A stretch of DNA of 64,000 bases from Herpetosiphon geysericola (GTDB lineage Bacteria; Chloroflexota; Chloroflexia; Chloroflexales; Herpetosiphonaceae), in NCBI RefSeq assembly GCF_001306135.1, contig NZ_LGKP01000040.1, positions 216,726-280,725 of the forward strand, written 5' to 3'. Of the stretch, positions 10,330-19,791 are shown piece after piece. Positions within the stretch are counted from its first letter, which is position 1, and each line of letters starts with the position of its first letter. The position numbers and the translations under genes are program-made. The notes beneath the pieces were generated by a model, which ran no database searches, was not told the DNA's origin, and saw only the letters and a program-made list of their open reading frames with translations.

Positions 10330-11577
10330 TTATGGAGTTGCGGTTGGTTGTTGCAAGGTTGGCGTAATGCCAGTCGTTGCAGTTGCCAACGGCGCAGCAG
10401 TCAAGGGAGCTAAGGTTGTGGTTGGCTGGGTTGTTGGCATCAACGAAGGCACCGCCACCACATTTTGGCTTGGAGTTGCCGTCGTATCAGGAAACAGCAA
10501 GCTCATTGGGGGCAACTTGAAGAAATACAATACCCCTAAGAGCGCAGCCAATACGACCAATGAGCCTAAAATACCCCACCCAGATAAACCACCACTTTCG
10601 GCCTTGGCAGCAGCGCGAGGCGCAGATGCAACAGGGCGGGCATGGGCTTCGGCCATAGCCGGAGTCAAACGACCTGAAGCAGTCAATGGCACATGCTGGA
10701 GGGTTTCATCATCGTGCATGCCAACCACGGCCATGGGCTTGGTGCCCGTTGGCCCAGCAGGCAACTCAAATTCCTCGGTGATTGGGTCGGCACTGCGGGC
10801 TGGCGTTGTCAATGGCTGGTTTAATAATGTTTCCAACAATGGATCATTAGCTTCAAGCTCATCAAGCTCATCGACTTCGACCAACAAAGCAGTGATATTA
10901 TCGTAGCCACCAACCCCATTGGCCAAATCAATCAGTTTTGGCACAATCTGATCGAATGGCAGGGTATTGATCGTGCGTAAAATGGTTGCCTCATCAACGA
11001 AGCCATGCAAGCCATCAGACGAGATCAAAAAACGATCGCCAACCTGAACAGGCTCGCGAAACACATCAACTTGAACCTCGCGTTGATGCCCAACGGCGCG
11101 AGTGATGATGTTTTTGATCTTCGACTGTGACGCTTGTTCGCGAGTCATTAACCCTGCGCGAACTTGCTCTTCCACAAATGAGTGATCAACCGTAATTTGG
11201 CGCATCGAGTTATTGCGAATCAAATAGGCTCGACTATCGCCAACATTGGCTAGAAACGCTACATTTTTGAAAACTAGCAAGGCCACCGAGGTGGTTCCCA
11301 TATTGCCACGGCCACGATCGAACACAGCCTGATTAGCACTCACGATAGACGTAGTGAGGGCCTTGGGAATATCGGTTTGAACAACGTTCGGAAATGTTGC
11401 CAACATGGTTTGCACAGCCGTTTGACTGGCGACTTCGCCAGCTAAATGACCGCCCATGCCATCGCAAACAACAAAAAGTTGGATTCCGTTTGGTAGCGGG
11501 TCGCCCACGCCATAGGCATCTTGGTTAACTTCGCGTGAACGCCCAATATCGGTTTGTGCGCTGTGGCGTAGCTTCAT
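10330..11577 (-). CDS. PP2C-family Ser/Thr protein phosphatase with C-terminal TM anchor and Pro/Thr-rich tail
   Basis: MKLRHSAQTDIGRSREVNQDAY ... VCDGMGGHLAGEVAS PP2C motifs, then a TM helix and a PTT-rich tail. AGGAG RBS before the Met at 11577. The ORF-track start at 11592 is less likely. Confidence 0.8.
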   Translation of the reverse strand: MKLRHSAQTDIGRSREVNQDAYGVGDPLPNGIQLFVVCDGMGGHLAGEVASQTAVQTMLATFPNVVQTDIPKALTTSIVSANQAVFDRGRGNMGTTSVALLVFKNVAFLANVGDSRAYLIRNNSMRQITVDHSFVEEQVRAGLMTREQASQSKIKNIITRAVGHQREVQVDVFREPVQVGDRFLISSDGLHGFVDEATILRTINTLPFDQIVPKLIDLANGVGGYDNITALLVEVDELDELEANDPLLETLLNQPLTTPARSADPITEEFELPAGPTGTKPMAVVGMHDDETLQHVPLTASGRLTPAMAEAHARPVASAPRAAAKAESGGLSGWGILGSLVVLAALLGVLYFFKLPPMSLLFPDTTATPSQNVVAVPSLMPTTQPTTTLAPLTAAPLATATTGITPTLQQPTATP

Positions 11578-11804
11578 CGATACTCCTGTCAATCCCGGGA
11601 CGATTTACATCGTGAGTGTATCGGCGCGAGTATAGCATAGGCCGTACTATGCGGCAACAATGCAATCACGGCATCCACTTCGATTTGAGCTATTTTTGTT
11701 ATTGTATTGATCATCTTGGTGAATGTCTATAGGCAGAAAGCCCAAAAAGCCCTGTGCTATAATTGCGCAATTAAAGATCCGCATGAAAGGTATTGGTTTT
11801 TTGT

Positions 11805-12761
11805 ATGGCATTTGCAATCGGGATTGATCTCGGTGGCACCCACTTACGGGCTGCCTTAGTAGACCGAGAAGGTGAAATTCTTGCCCATGAACGGATTCGC
11901 ACCGAAGCTCATGAAGGTGCCGAAGCAGTGGTTGGTCGGATTACTCAATTAATTAACGCCATGATCGCTGCGGCGAATGGTGAAACAATTATCGGCGCTG
12001 GGATCGCCGCCCCAGGCCCGCTTAATCCTTTTACCGGCACGGTCATTACCATGCCCAATTTGCCAGGCTGGGAGAACTTTCCAATCCGCGAACGGATCGC
12101 CGCTCACGTGCCCTTTCCGGTTGTGCTCGGCAACGATGCCAACCTAGCAGCGGTTGGCGAATGGCTGTTCGGTGGCGGGCGTGGCATGCAAAATATGATC
12201 TATGTCACAATTAGCACTGGCGTTGGCGGTGGCGTTATTTGCGATGGCCGCTTGTTGCTTGGCCATAATGGCTTTGCCGCCGAAGTTGGCCACATGGTGC
12301 TTGACCCCCATGGCTTTGCCCCGGCCACAGCAACCCCAGCAGGCTCGTGGGAAGCCTTGGCATCGGGCACGTTTTTGGCCTACCACGCTGCTGAAGCGAT
12401 GCGCGCTGGCACAGAAACGGTGCTTAATCAATTAACCACCCCCGATGCAGTTACGACCCATCATTTGGATCTTGCGGCCCAACAAGGCGACGAATTGGCA
12501 ATTCGTTTGATCGAAAATGCTGGTTTTTGGTCGGGCATCGCCTTTGTAAACCTCTTGCATATGTTCAGCCCCGAGGCCATTTTTGTGGGCGGCGGGGTCT
12601 CCAACTTAGGCGATCGCTTGCTCAACCCAGCGCGGGCCGAAATTACCAAACGCGCCTTGCCTGGCTATCGCAATGTGCCAATTCATCAAACCAAAATGGG
12701 CGATAACCTTGGGGTGCTCGGCGCCGCCGCCTATGCATTTAGCTCAGTCGAATTCGCCTAG
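11805..12761 (+). CDS. ROK family sugar kinase/regulator (glucokinase-like)
   Basis: IGIDLGGT N-terminus and a VGGGV-type ROK glycine motif. 318 aa from the MAFAIGIDLGG start. Confidence 0.75.
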   Translation: MAFAIGIDLGGTHLRAALVDREGEILAHERIRTEAHEGAEAVVGRITQLINAMIAAANGETIIGAGIAAPGPLNPFTGTVITMPNLPGWENFPIRERIAAHVPFPVVLGNDANLAAVGEWLFGGGRGMQNMIYVTISTGVGGGVICDGRLLLGHNGFAAEVGHMVLDPHGFAPATATPAGSWEALASGTFLAYHAAEAMRAGTETVLNQLTTPDAVTTHHLDLAAQQGDELAIRLIENAGFWSGIAFVNLLHMFSPEAIFVGGGVSNLGDRLLNPARAEITKRALPGYRNVPIHQTKMGDNLGVLGAAAYAFSSVEFA

Positions 12762-12851
12762 TTCTCTGACAAGCCGCTCGGTTCCAAAGCATCCCGCCAA
12801 CGCGGCTTTGGGTCTTGGCGGCTTGGCGTTTTTAGTACAAAGGATGTCAGC

Positions 12852-13751
12852 ATGTCGCTCAGGATTCGCCGCAGTGAAATGACCTGCCCAGCACATAGCC
12901 TCGCCATGATCAGCAAAGCAGCTGTTTCTGAGGCCGATGAGGTCATTATCGATTTGGAAGATGCGTGTGCAGTTTCACAAAAAATTGCTGCCCGCGCTAC
13001 GGTCATTCAGGCCTTGCAAACGCTTGATTTTGGTCAAAAGCTGGTGGCGGTGCGGCCAAATGCCGTCCAAACTCATTATCACTATCGCGATGTGGTCGAA
13101 ATTGTCGAGGCTGCTGGTGATAAAATCGATGTGCTGGTCATTCCAAAAATCGAAACTGGCGATGATGTGCGCTTTGTTGATCGTTTGCTGAGCCAAATCG
13201 AAGCCAACATCGGCCTTGCGGTTGGTTCGATTAAGCTCGAAGTATTAATTGAAGGTACGCGGGCTTTACAAGCAGTTGACCACATTGCCAATGCCTCGCC
13301 ACGCTTGGAGAGCCTGATTTTTGGCTTGGCCGATTATGCAGGCGATTTAGGCGCCCGTTCTGCTGACGATCAATGGGGCATGTTTGCCTATCCCAAGCAC
13401 AAAATGCTGGTTGCTGCCAAAGCAGCAGGCCTAGCAGCGATTGATAATGTAACTTTTGCCTTCCGCGATCCTGAGGCTTGCCAACACGATGCTGAGCGGG
13501 CCGCTGCGATGGGCTTTGATGGCAAATGGGCAATTCATCCAGCCCAAGTGCCAATTATTAACCAAGCCTTTTTGCCAACTGCCGCCGAAATCGCCGAGGC
13601 CCAACGCTTGATCAACGCCTATGCAGAGGCCGATCAGGATGCAGGGTTGGGCGCAATTGCGATTGATGATCAGATGATCGATGCGGCGAGTTTGCGGGTG
13701 CATGCCAAAAAGTTGGCCCTCGCCAAACGCGCAGGGTTAATTGAAAATTGA
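12852..13751 (+). CDS. HpcH/HpaI aldolase / citrate-lyase beta subunit-like (CitE family) protein
   Basis: 299 aa. CitE-family N-terminus (TCPAHSLAMISKA...DEVIIDLEDA) and Mg-binding acidic residues. Confidence 0.65.
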   Translation: MSLRIRRSEMTCPAHSLAMISKAAVSEADEVIIDLEDACAVSQKIAARATVIQALQTLDFGQKLVAVRPNAVQTHYHYRDVVEIVEAAGDKIDVLVIPKIETGDDVRFVDRLLSQIEANIGLAVGSIKLEVLIEGTRALQAVDHIANASPRLESLIFGLADYAGDLGARSADDQWGMFAYPKHKMLVAAKAAGLAAIDNVTFAFRDPEACQHDAERAAAMGFDGKWAIHPAQVPIINQAFLPTAAEIAEAQRLINAYAEADQDAGLGAIAIDDQMIDAASLRVHAKKLALAKRAGLIEN

Positions 13752-13837
13752 GCAATAACCGCTCAATTTCGTGCCTCATGATATACTGTGAGCAGACTGA
13801 CATTGCAAGCCCTCACACATAGGACATAAAAAACACA

Positions 13838-15640
13838 ATGGCTGAACAGACGCACATTCGCAACTTTAGCATTATCGCCCACGTCGATCATGGCAAAACT
13901 ACCCTCTCGGATCGCCTGTTGGAAGTGACCCAAACCCTTTCATCACGCGAGATGCGTGCCCAAACCCTTGATGCCATGGATTTGGAACGCGAAAAGGGCA
14001 TCACAATCAAGATGCACCCCGTCCGGCTAGAATATACTGCCAAGGATGGTCAACAATATGCCTTGCATATGATCGACTGCCCTGGTCACGTTGACTTTAG
14101 CTACGAAGTTTCACGCTCGTTGCAAGCCTGTGAAGGCGCATTGTTGATCGTTGATGCTTCGCAAGGCATCGAAGCGCAAACCTTGGCCAACGTCTACCTG
14201 GCGCTCGAAAACAACCTCGAAATTATTCCAATCTTGAATAAAATCGACTTGCCTGGGGCTGAGGTCGAGCGGGTTTCCGAGGAAGTCGAGCATGTGCTGG
14301 GCTTGCCACGCGAAGAGATCATTTTGGCTTCGGGCAAGGAAGGCACCGGCGTGCCCGAAATTCTCGAAGCGATTGTCGCCCGCATTCCACCACCAAGAGG
14401 GAAGAACGAAGCGCCAGCTCGCGCGTTGATTTTCGATTCGCAATATAACGCCTACAAAGGGGTGATTGCCTATATTCGGGTCGTCGATGGCACAATTCGC
14501 ACTGGCGATAAATTGCGCCTGATGGGCACCGACGTGCTGACCGAAGCGATGGAAATTGGCTTCTTCCGGCCTGGCATGGTTGCTGGGCAAGCGCTCAGCG
14601 CTGGCGAGGTTGGCTACATCGCTACGGGCTTGAAATCGGTGCGCGATTGCCAAGTTGGCGATACAATCACCCTGATTGATAACGCGGCAACCGAAAGCTT
14701 GGCTCCCTACGAACCAGCCAAACCAATGGTGTTTGCTGGCTTGTATCCAGTCGATTCAGGCGATTACACCTTGCTGCGCGATGCGCTCGATAAACTGCGC
14801 CTGAACGACGCAGCGCTTTCCTTCGAGCCAGAAACCTCAGCCGCTTTGGGTTTTGGCTTTCGGGCTGGCTTCTTGGGCTTGCTGCACATGGAAATTGTTC
14901 AAGAACGGCTTGAACGCGAATACAACATCGACTTGTTGATCACCGCGCCAAGCGTGGAATATCAAGTGCTGACCAATGCTGGCGAGATTTTGATCATCGA
15001 TAATCCGTCGGAATTGCCTGATGTTGGTATGATTGATCAAATCGAAGAGCCAATGATGGCAATCAGCATTATCGTGCCAACCCGCTATATCGGCGTGGTG
15101 ATGGAATTGGTCACTGGCAAGCGTGGCGTGTTCCAAAGCATGGATTATCTCGATAAAGAGCGGGTGGTGCTGAAGTACGAAATTCCACTTTCCGAAATTG
15201 TGGTCGATTTCTACGATTCGCTTAAATCGCGCACCCAAGGCTATGCCTCGCTGGATTATCATCTAAGCAGCTATCGTGCTTCAGATTTGGTTAAGCTCGA
15301 CGTCTTGGTCAATGGCACGCCAGTTGATGCACTTTCGATGATTACCCACCGCGATAATGCCTATCGCCAAGGCCGCCAATTGGTCGAAAAGCTGCAAAAG
15401 CTGATTCCTCGCCAAATGTTCGAAGTGCCAATTCAAGCAGCGGTCGGCTCACGGGTGATCGCGCGCGAGACCATTCGCGCCATGCGTAAAGACGTGTTGT
15501 CGAAATGTTATGGTGGCGACATCAGCCGCAAGCGCAAGCTCTTGGAAAAGCAAAAAGAAGGCAAGAAGCGCATGAAGATGGTCGGCAATGTCGAAATTCC
15601 GCAAGATGCCTTTATGGCGGTCTTGAAGCTCGACAGCTAG
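13838..15640 (+). CDS. lepA: Elongation factor 4 (LepA)
   Basis: [22 protein letters not shown] GTPase N-terminus. 600 aa with a LepA-specific C-terminal domain. Confidence 0.95.
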   Translation: MAEQTHIRNFSIIAHVDHGKTTLSDRLLEVTQTLSSREMRAQTLDAMDLEREKGITIKMHPVRLEYTAKDGQQYALHMIDCPGHVDFSYEVSRSLQACEGALLIVDASQGIEAQTLANVYLALENNLEIIPILNKIDLPGAEVERVSEEVEHVLGLPREEIILASGKEGTGVPEILEAIVARIPPPRGKNEAPARALIFDSQYNAYKGVIAYIRVVDGTIRTGDKLRLMGTDVLTEAMEIGFFRPGMVAGQALSAGEVGYIATGLKSVRDCQVGDTITLIDNAATESLAPYEPAKPMVFAGLYPVDSGDYTLLRDALDKLRLNDAALSFEPETSAALGFGFRAGFLGLLHMEIVQERLEREYNIDLLITAPSVEYQVLTNAGEILIIDNPSELPDVGMIDQIEEPMMAISIIVPTRYIGVVMELVTGKRGVFQSMDYLDKERVVLKYEIPLSEIVVDFYDSLKSRTQGYASLDYHLSSYRASDLVKLDVLVNGTPVDALSMITHRDNAYRQGRQLVEKLQKLIPRQMFEVPIQAAVGSRVIARETIRAMRKDVLSKCYGGDISRKRKLLEKQKEGKKRMKMVGNVEIPQDAFMAVLKLDS

Positions 15641-15663
15641 ACCAAAACAGCCGCCAATACCGA

Positions 15664-15697
15664 CTCCACACTGAGCAAAAAGTGTGGAGTTTTTTTG
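15664..15697 (+). terminator. Rho-independent terminator after lepA
   Basis: Stem ctccacact / gtgtggag followed by a ttttttt tract. Confidence 0.75.
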
Positions 15698-15770
15698 TGC
15701 CCGTGATCCTTTGCCATGTTGAACGCGGTTGCAGCTGAGCTTAACGGCGCAGATTAGCGCGAGCCTAGCG

Positions 15771-16376
15771 CTATTCATCGATCAGTGCGCTGCGTAATTC
15801 GGTATGAGCTACAAAGCGCTTGTATTTACCTATTGCAAAATTAATCAGCCCATAGCCAAGCACAACACCAATTGCATTCATTAACACATCATCAATGTGG
15901 GTAATTCGAAAGTGATAGCCAACAATTAAACCAGTCAATAACTGAATTGTTTCTGTACTGAAGCCAACAAGCAGCGCAATAGCGAGCATAGTTTGTATGC
16001 GGAGCTTTTTGAATAAGCGCAAAAATATTCCAAACGGAATTGTAAGAAGTATATTGAGGATATATGATTTGAGTAATCTCAAGACAGCGTTATAATCATC
16101 CATCGCAAAGTATGGTTGCTTAAATGGAATCAGATATATCGATTTGCGATAAGGATAATTCTTGATATTATCCCATAACGCTATACCATGATAATTTATT
16201 GGTAAACAGATTTGGGCAATTACCCCAAAGATATAGACTATGAAAAGACAATATAGCATTATTTTATATTTAGGTTTATCATTTTTCAACATCCATAATG
16301 CTAAGGGAATAATGATAATCAGCGAATAGCCAAGAAATGCTAATGTTTCGCGTAGCATACCGTATAAATCATCCAT
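15771..16376 (-). CDS. VanZ-like family membrane protein (low-GC gene)
   Basis: About 5 TM helices. VanZ-like ETIQLL and IDDVLMNAIG motifs. Markedly AT-rich codon usage compared with its neighbours. Confidence 0.55.
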   Translation of the reverse strand: MDDLYGMLRETLAFLGYSLIIIIPLALWMLKNDKPKYKIMLYCLFIVYIFGVIAQICLPINYHGIALWDNIKNYPYRKSIYLIPFKQPYFAMDDYNAVLRLLKSYILNILLTIPFGIFLRLFKKLRIQTMLAIALLVGFSTETIQLLTGLIVGYHFRITHIDDVLMNAIGVVLGYGLINFAIGKYKRFVAHTELRSALIDE

Positions 16377-16467
16377 GCTAAAACAGTCGATTCCATCAAT
16401 ATGTGCAAGATCATTGAGGCTGAGTGGAGTTGAACAATCTATGCGTGAAGCAATGGGGAGAAGGAGG

Positions 16468-17265
16468 CTAAATTGCGGCGTTTCTAAGCGCGCTGATGCT
16501 TAAATTGCGAATTTCTAAGGCTTGGGATTGGTGCGCTAGCAGGCCGCCGCGCACAATTCCGCGCGGTGAAATCTGAGCATATTGGTTATCGAGCCAGAGA
16601 ATCAAGCCTAATTTGCTGGTTGGCAGATTGCGCGTTTTGAGCACCAATTGCTGATCCAGCCAAAACTCAACCCGATCTGCATACCAATCGATTTGATAGT
16701 GTTGCCAAGCATTCCATGCAAGCTGAATCGGCTGGCTGCGCACGCCCAAAGCCAATTGCAGCAAGGGCAAGCAACAGCGTTGACGCAACCAGCTATTTTG
16801 ACTAAGCACAACAGCCAACGGGGCCAGCGGCAACAACGCCAAACAGAGCGCCAAACGCGGCACAAAACTCATCGCGAGCCAACCGTTGCTCGCGCCATTG
16901 GCGGTTAATTCAAGGTTGCTCGCGGCGCTTGCATAAAAAAACCACAACGCTTGGGGCAAGCGCAAACGGCGCAAGCCAGTGCCAGCAGGATCATTCCACC
17001 AACCAAAGCCTGCTGTGCCAACAAAATGCTCAGGATCGCCACAAAACTGCGCTTCAAGTTGCAAGCGGACTGGTGCTTGCCAACGTAAATCACCAGCAAC
17101 ATAATCATCCAATTGCGCATCGCTATAAACTATGCGATCATACTGAGTAAGGGCGAGGCGCACCCCAGCAGCAAGCGGCTGAATCTCAGCATTATTGGGT
17201 GTCCAAGCATGCCAGCGCCGACCCCAAAACGAGCGAAAAGTCATTAGGAGGCTCCTATGTCGCAA
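16468..17265 (-). CDS. Hypothetical protein
   Basis: 265-aa ORF on the minus strand with no confident domain call. Its 5' end overlaps the start of the DCC gene by a few bases. Confidence 0.4.
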   Translation of the reverse strand: MRHRSLLMTFRSFWGRRWHAWTPNNAEIQPLAAGVRLALTQYDRIVYSDAQLDDYVAGDLRWQAPVRLQLEAQFCGDPEHFVGTAGFGWWNDPAGTGLRRLRLPQALWFFYASAASNLELTANGASNGWLAMSFVPRLALCLALLPLAPLAVVLSQNSWLRQRCCLPLLQLALGVRSQPIQLAWNAWQHYQIDWYADRVEFWLDQQLVLKTRNLPTSKLGLILWLDNQYAQISPRGIVRGGLLAHQSQALEIRNLSISALRNAAI

Positions 17266-17643
17266 GCGTTGTTAATTTTTGATGGAACCTGCGATTTTTG
17301 CACCCGCGCCGCCCGTTGGATCAAAAAACTTGATCGTCAGCAACGAATTCGGATTGAGCCATTTCAAAAAGCTGGCATTCCCGAATCGGTTGGCTTAACC
17401 TATGCCCAATGCGAGCAAGCAGCATGGCTGCAAACTAGTGATGGTACATTGTGGCGCGGAGCAGGGTCGGTTAATGCGGCCCTGAGCATTGCAACTGGCA
17501 ATCGTTTGCCTTTGAGTTTATACCAAACGTGGGGTATCCGCCAGATTCAAGATAGTGTCTACAAACTAATTGTCAAATATCGCCATCGGATTCCAGGCGA
17601 TACCCCGCATTGCCAACAGTTTCCCGCCGATTGCGCGCGCTAA
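17257..17643 (+). CDS. Thiol-disulfide oxidoreductase DCC family protein (DUF393)
   Basis: LIFDGTCDFC motif near the N-terminus. 128 aa. Confidence 0.7.
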   Translation: MSQALLIFDGTCDFCTRAARWIKKLDRQQRIRIEPFQKAGIPESVGLTYAQCEQAAWLQTSDGTLWRGAGSVNAALSIATGNRLPLSLYQTWGIRQIQDSVYKLIVKYRHRIPGDTPHCQQFPADCAR

Positions 17644-18110
17644 GCGTTCAGCTGTTCGAGCAGCCATTCAAGTGCTCGTTGCGCCGAAGCTTGCTTATTG
17701 CCCAGCCGATCGTAGGGCCAAACGTGCTGCTCGACCAAGGCTTGATTCGGCAAAGCCAAGCCTAAATACACTAAGCCGACTGGCTTTTCAAGGCTGCCTC
17801 CACCAGGCCCAGCAATGCCAGTCGTGCTTAGGCCAACCGTTGCCCCAAGCGCTTGGGCAGTGCCTTGGGCCATGGCTAAGGCCGTTTCTGCACTCACCGC
17901 GCCAACCGTTGCGAGGGTCGAAGCTGGCACATGCAAAAGCTGCTGTTTGGCACTATTGGCATAGGCAATGATGCCGCCCAAATAGACCTGCGAACTACCA
18001 GCGATATTGGTCAGCCAATCGCCCAACAGGCCACCAGTACATGACTCAGCGGTGGCGAGCGTCCATTGGCGTTGGGCCAAGGCCGTGATGACTGCTTGGG
18101 CTAAGGCCAT
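17640..18110 (-). CDS. CinA C-terminal domain protein (nicotinamide-nucleotide amidohydrolase PncC-like)
   Basis: TLATAESCTGGLL motif. I chose the start at MALAQAVITA (18110) rather than the ORF-track 18179, because a short ORF occupies 18115..18270. Confidence 0.7.
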   Translation of the reverse strand: MALAQAVITALAQRQWTLATAESCTGGLLGDWLTNIAGSSQVYLGGIIAYANSAKQQLLHVPASTLATVGAVSAETALAMAQGTAQALGATVGLSTTGIAGPGGGSLEKPVGLVYLGLALPNQALVEQHVWPYDRLGNKQASAQRALEWLLEQLNA

Positions 18111-18114
18111 GGAT

Positions 18115-18270
18115 TTAGCCTGCACGCTGTTTGCCGAGTAACTGAAATGCAGTAAAGCCCAAATAAATAATAAAGCCAATAATTAAGAGCTTGATCAGGC
18201 CCTTAAACAGCATGCCAATAAACAACAAGGCCAGAATAGTCAAAATAATTTGCACAAGTTTACGATTCAT
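18115..18270 (-). CDS. Small hydrophobic membrane peptide (51 aa)
   Basis: MNRKLVQIILTILALLFIGMLFKGLIKLLIIGFIIYLGFTAFQLLGKQRAG, predicted as two TM helices. Below the 60-aa cutoff of the ORF track. Confidence 0.35.
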   Translation of the reverse strand: MNRKLVQIILTILALLFIGMLFKGLIKLLIIGFIIYLGFTAFQLLGKQRAG

Positions 18271-18477
18271 TGTCGGTTCCTTCTATAAAAAACGCCGCAG
18301 AGAACCCCGACACTCGTGGGCGTGGGGTGAATGCGTGCCAGCGTTGGTGTAAGGGATATTAAAGAGAGAATCAGATTCGACTATTGAGGGAGATGACGTA
18401 TACTAAACGACGCTATACCTTCCTAGTTCGGTATAGCCTCGCCCCCGACTGTTCGTAGCAGTGCGGGGGTATTGTTG

Positions 18478-18678
18478 TTAGACACTCCCATCTACCTCTC
18501 GCTGCGATTCCTCGCTTGCCTCCTCAAGTAATCGCCGAACCTCCTCAATCGGGATACGATGGGCGCGCCCAAACTTGTACGATTTGATCTTCCCCTGCTT
18601 GATCCATAACCGAATGGTCTGTTCTGACAGTTTCAGGTATTCGGCTAATTCCTCGGTTGTGTAGAACTCCGTTGGCAT
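18478..18678 (-). CDS. Excisionase/MerR-like helix-turn-helix DNA-binding protein (about 66 aa)
   Basis: EELAEYLKLSEQTIRLWIKQGKIKSYKFGRAHRI HTH. A strong GAGGGAG RBS lies 5 nt before the MPTEFYTT start. A longer ORF to 18756 is also possible. Confidence 0.6.
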   Translation of the reverse strand: MPTEFYTTEELAEYLKLSEQTIRLWIKQGKIKSYKFGRAHRIPIEEVRRLLEEASEESQREVDGSV

Positions 18679-18738
18679 ATCTCCCTCATGTTGCGATAAG
18701 GTTTTCATTTTCACAGTGTACGATGTTTTATATATATA

Positions 18739-18754
18739 GTCAATATCTATTGAC
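18739..18754. promoter_or_regulatory. Perfect 7-bp inverted repeat gtcaata-tc-tattgac in an AT-rich divergent promoter region
   Basis: Lies between the HTH gene (minus strand) and the 196-aa ORF (plus strand). Surrounded by TATA-rich -10-like boxes. Confidence 0.5.
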
Positions 18755-18793
18755 AAATATATATAATAGTATATAAAATCGATATAAATAGAT

Positions 18794-18820
18794 TATCTAG
18801 GTGCTACGAACACCTAGATA
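18794..18820. promoter_or_regulatory. 10-bp-arm palindrome tatctaggtg-ctacgaa-cacctagata (operator-like) just upstream of the RBS of the 196-aa ORF
   Basis: Perfect inverted arms visible in the sequence. Located about 20 bp upstream of the aaagga RBS and ATG at about 18841. Confidence 0.5.
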
Positions 18821-18840
18821 TATTGAAAGGAACTAGGACT

Positions 18841-19413
18841 ATGGAAACCACCATCTTCACCAAGACCATCAAGTATGACCGCACTACCCGCGACTTCGCC
18901 ATGTACCTCAATGGTGAATTGATCGGCTATGTCGCCTCGTATCTCCAAGCCGAAATTGAATTCAACAGCTTGGTTCACGATATTTTGACCCGCACCGCTG
19001 TTGCTGATGCCAGTGATGTCGCGGATGAGGATGTTGAGGCGATATTGGTTGCAGGGAACGAACCACTACCCACATCCGCCGCTGCGGTGGCGAATGCACC
19101 CAGCATTGCGATCTACCGCGAATTAGGGCAAACCAACGCATCCAGCGAAACGAATGGGTCGCTGGTGTTCACCCCAAGCGGCATGGATGCACGGTTTATC
19201 ACCCTCAAACCACGCGATACCTACGAACTGTACACCTTCCTTGCCAAACACCTCTTAGTGGCGACGATACGAGGCCGATTCCTGAATACGAACATCCTGC
19301 CTTTCGTCGGAGATGGACTGCCTCTCTTGCATTTATCAAGAACGAGGTTGCGCGTCGGTCTGAAACACCAGCGGCGTAGCCATGCAAACTCCAACCAAGC
19401 GTACATCGCATAG
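18841..19413 (+). CDS. Hypothetical protein; its C-terminal region may be disrupted by or run into the IS left end
   Basis: ORF 18823..19413. The likely start is METTIFTK with an aaagga RBS. No recognised domain. The 3' portion overlaps the region where the IS605 left end is expected. Confidence 0.35.
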   Translation: METTIFTKTIKYDRTTRDFAMYLNGELIGYVASYLQAEIEFNSLVHDILTRTAVADASDVADEDVEAILVAGNEPLPTSAAAVANAPSIAIYRELGQTNASSETNGSLVFTPSGMDARFITLKPRDTYELYTFLAKHLLVATIRGRFLNTNILPFVGDGLPLLHLSRTRLRVGLKHQRRSHANSNQAYIA

Positions 19414-19789
19414 TGTGTACAACCTGAACTATCATCTGGTTTTCGTAACGAAGTATCGGCATGGCGTTCTTACGGGACGCATTGCCGATCACCTGAAAAC
19501 CACCATCCCTGTGGTGTGTACCCGTTATGGATGAGAACAACTTGCACTCGAAGTGATGCCTGATCATGTTCACCTGTTCCTGTCGGCATCACCGACAACG
19601 GCCCCGATGGTGATTGGCAAGACCGTCAAGAGTATCCTTGCGGTAGATGTGTTTCGCACGTTCCCTACCCTCAAACGTCGCTATTTCTGGGAGAGTGGGT
19701 TGTGGACAGACGGGTGCTACTATGGTTCGGCTGGTACGGTGTCAGCCCACACCATTGCGATGTACATCGCCAACCAAAAGGAAGCCTAA
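19382..19789 (+). pseudogene. tnpA: IS200/IS605-family TnpA (Y1 HuH transposase) interrupted by an in-frame TGA
   Basis: N-terminal part MQTPTKRTSHSVYNLNYHLVFVTKYRHGVLTG...VVCTRYG, then a TGA at about 19532, then EQLALEVMPDHVHLFLS... in the same frame (ORF 19553..19789). The HuH motif HVHLF is present. Total length about 135 aa, typical for IS200 TnpA. Confidence 0.7.
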
Positions 19790-19791
19790 CG

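Noticed and set aside
10304-10906. 200-aa plus-strand ORF antisense to the 3' half of the PP2C gene
   Set aside because: It lies entirely within a well-supported minus-strand gene. Its low-complexity A/G/V-rich translation is typical of an antisense reading of a Pro/Thr-rich region.
12771-12840. Possible terminator hairpin after the ROK gene (cgccaa...ttggcg + ttttt)
   Set aside because: The stem is short and imperfect, with several competing pairings. Too weak to call.
14111-14653. 180-aa ORF antisense within lepA
   Set aside because: It lies inside a universally conserved gene, so it is a spurious frame.
18280-18480. A tRNA or tmRNA gene as an integration target next to the HTH/IS block
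   Set aside because: I could not fold a cloverleaf with a T-loop (GTTCRANYC) or D-loop consensus, and only simple hairpins are evident. Left as unexplained structured DNA.
19532-19534. In-frame TGA in tnpA as selenocysteine or programmed readthrough
   Set aside because: I see no SECIS-like hairpin immediately downstream. A nonsense mutation in a decaying IS copy (tnpB is also frameshifted) is the simpler explanation.
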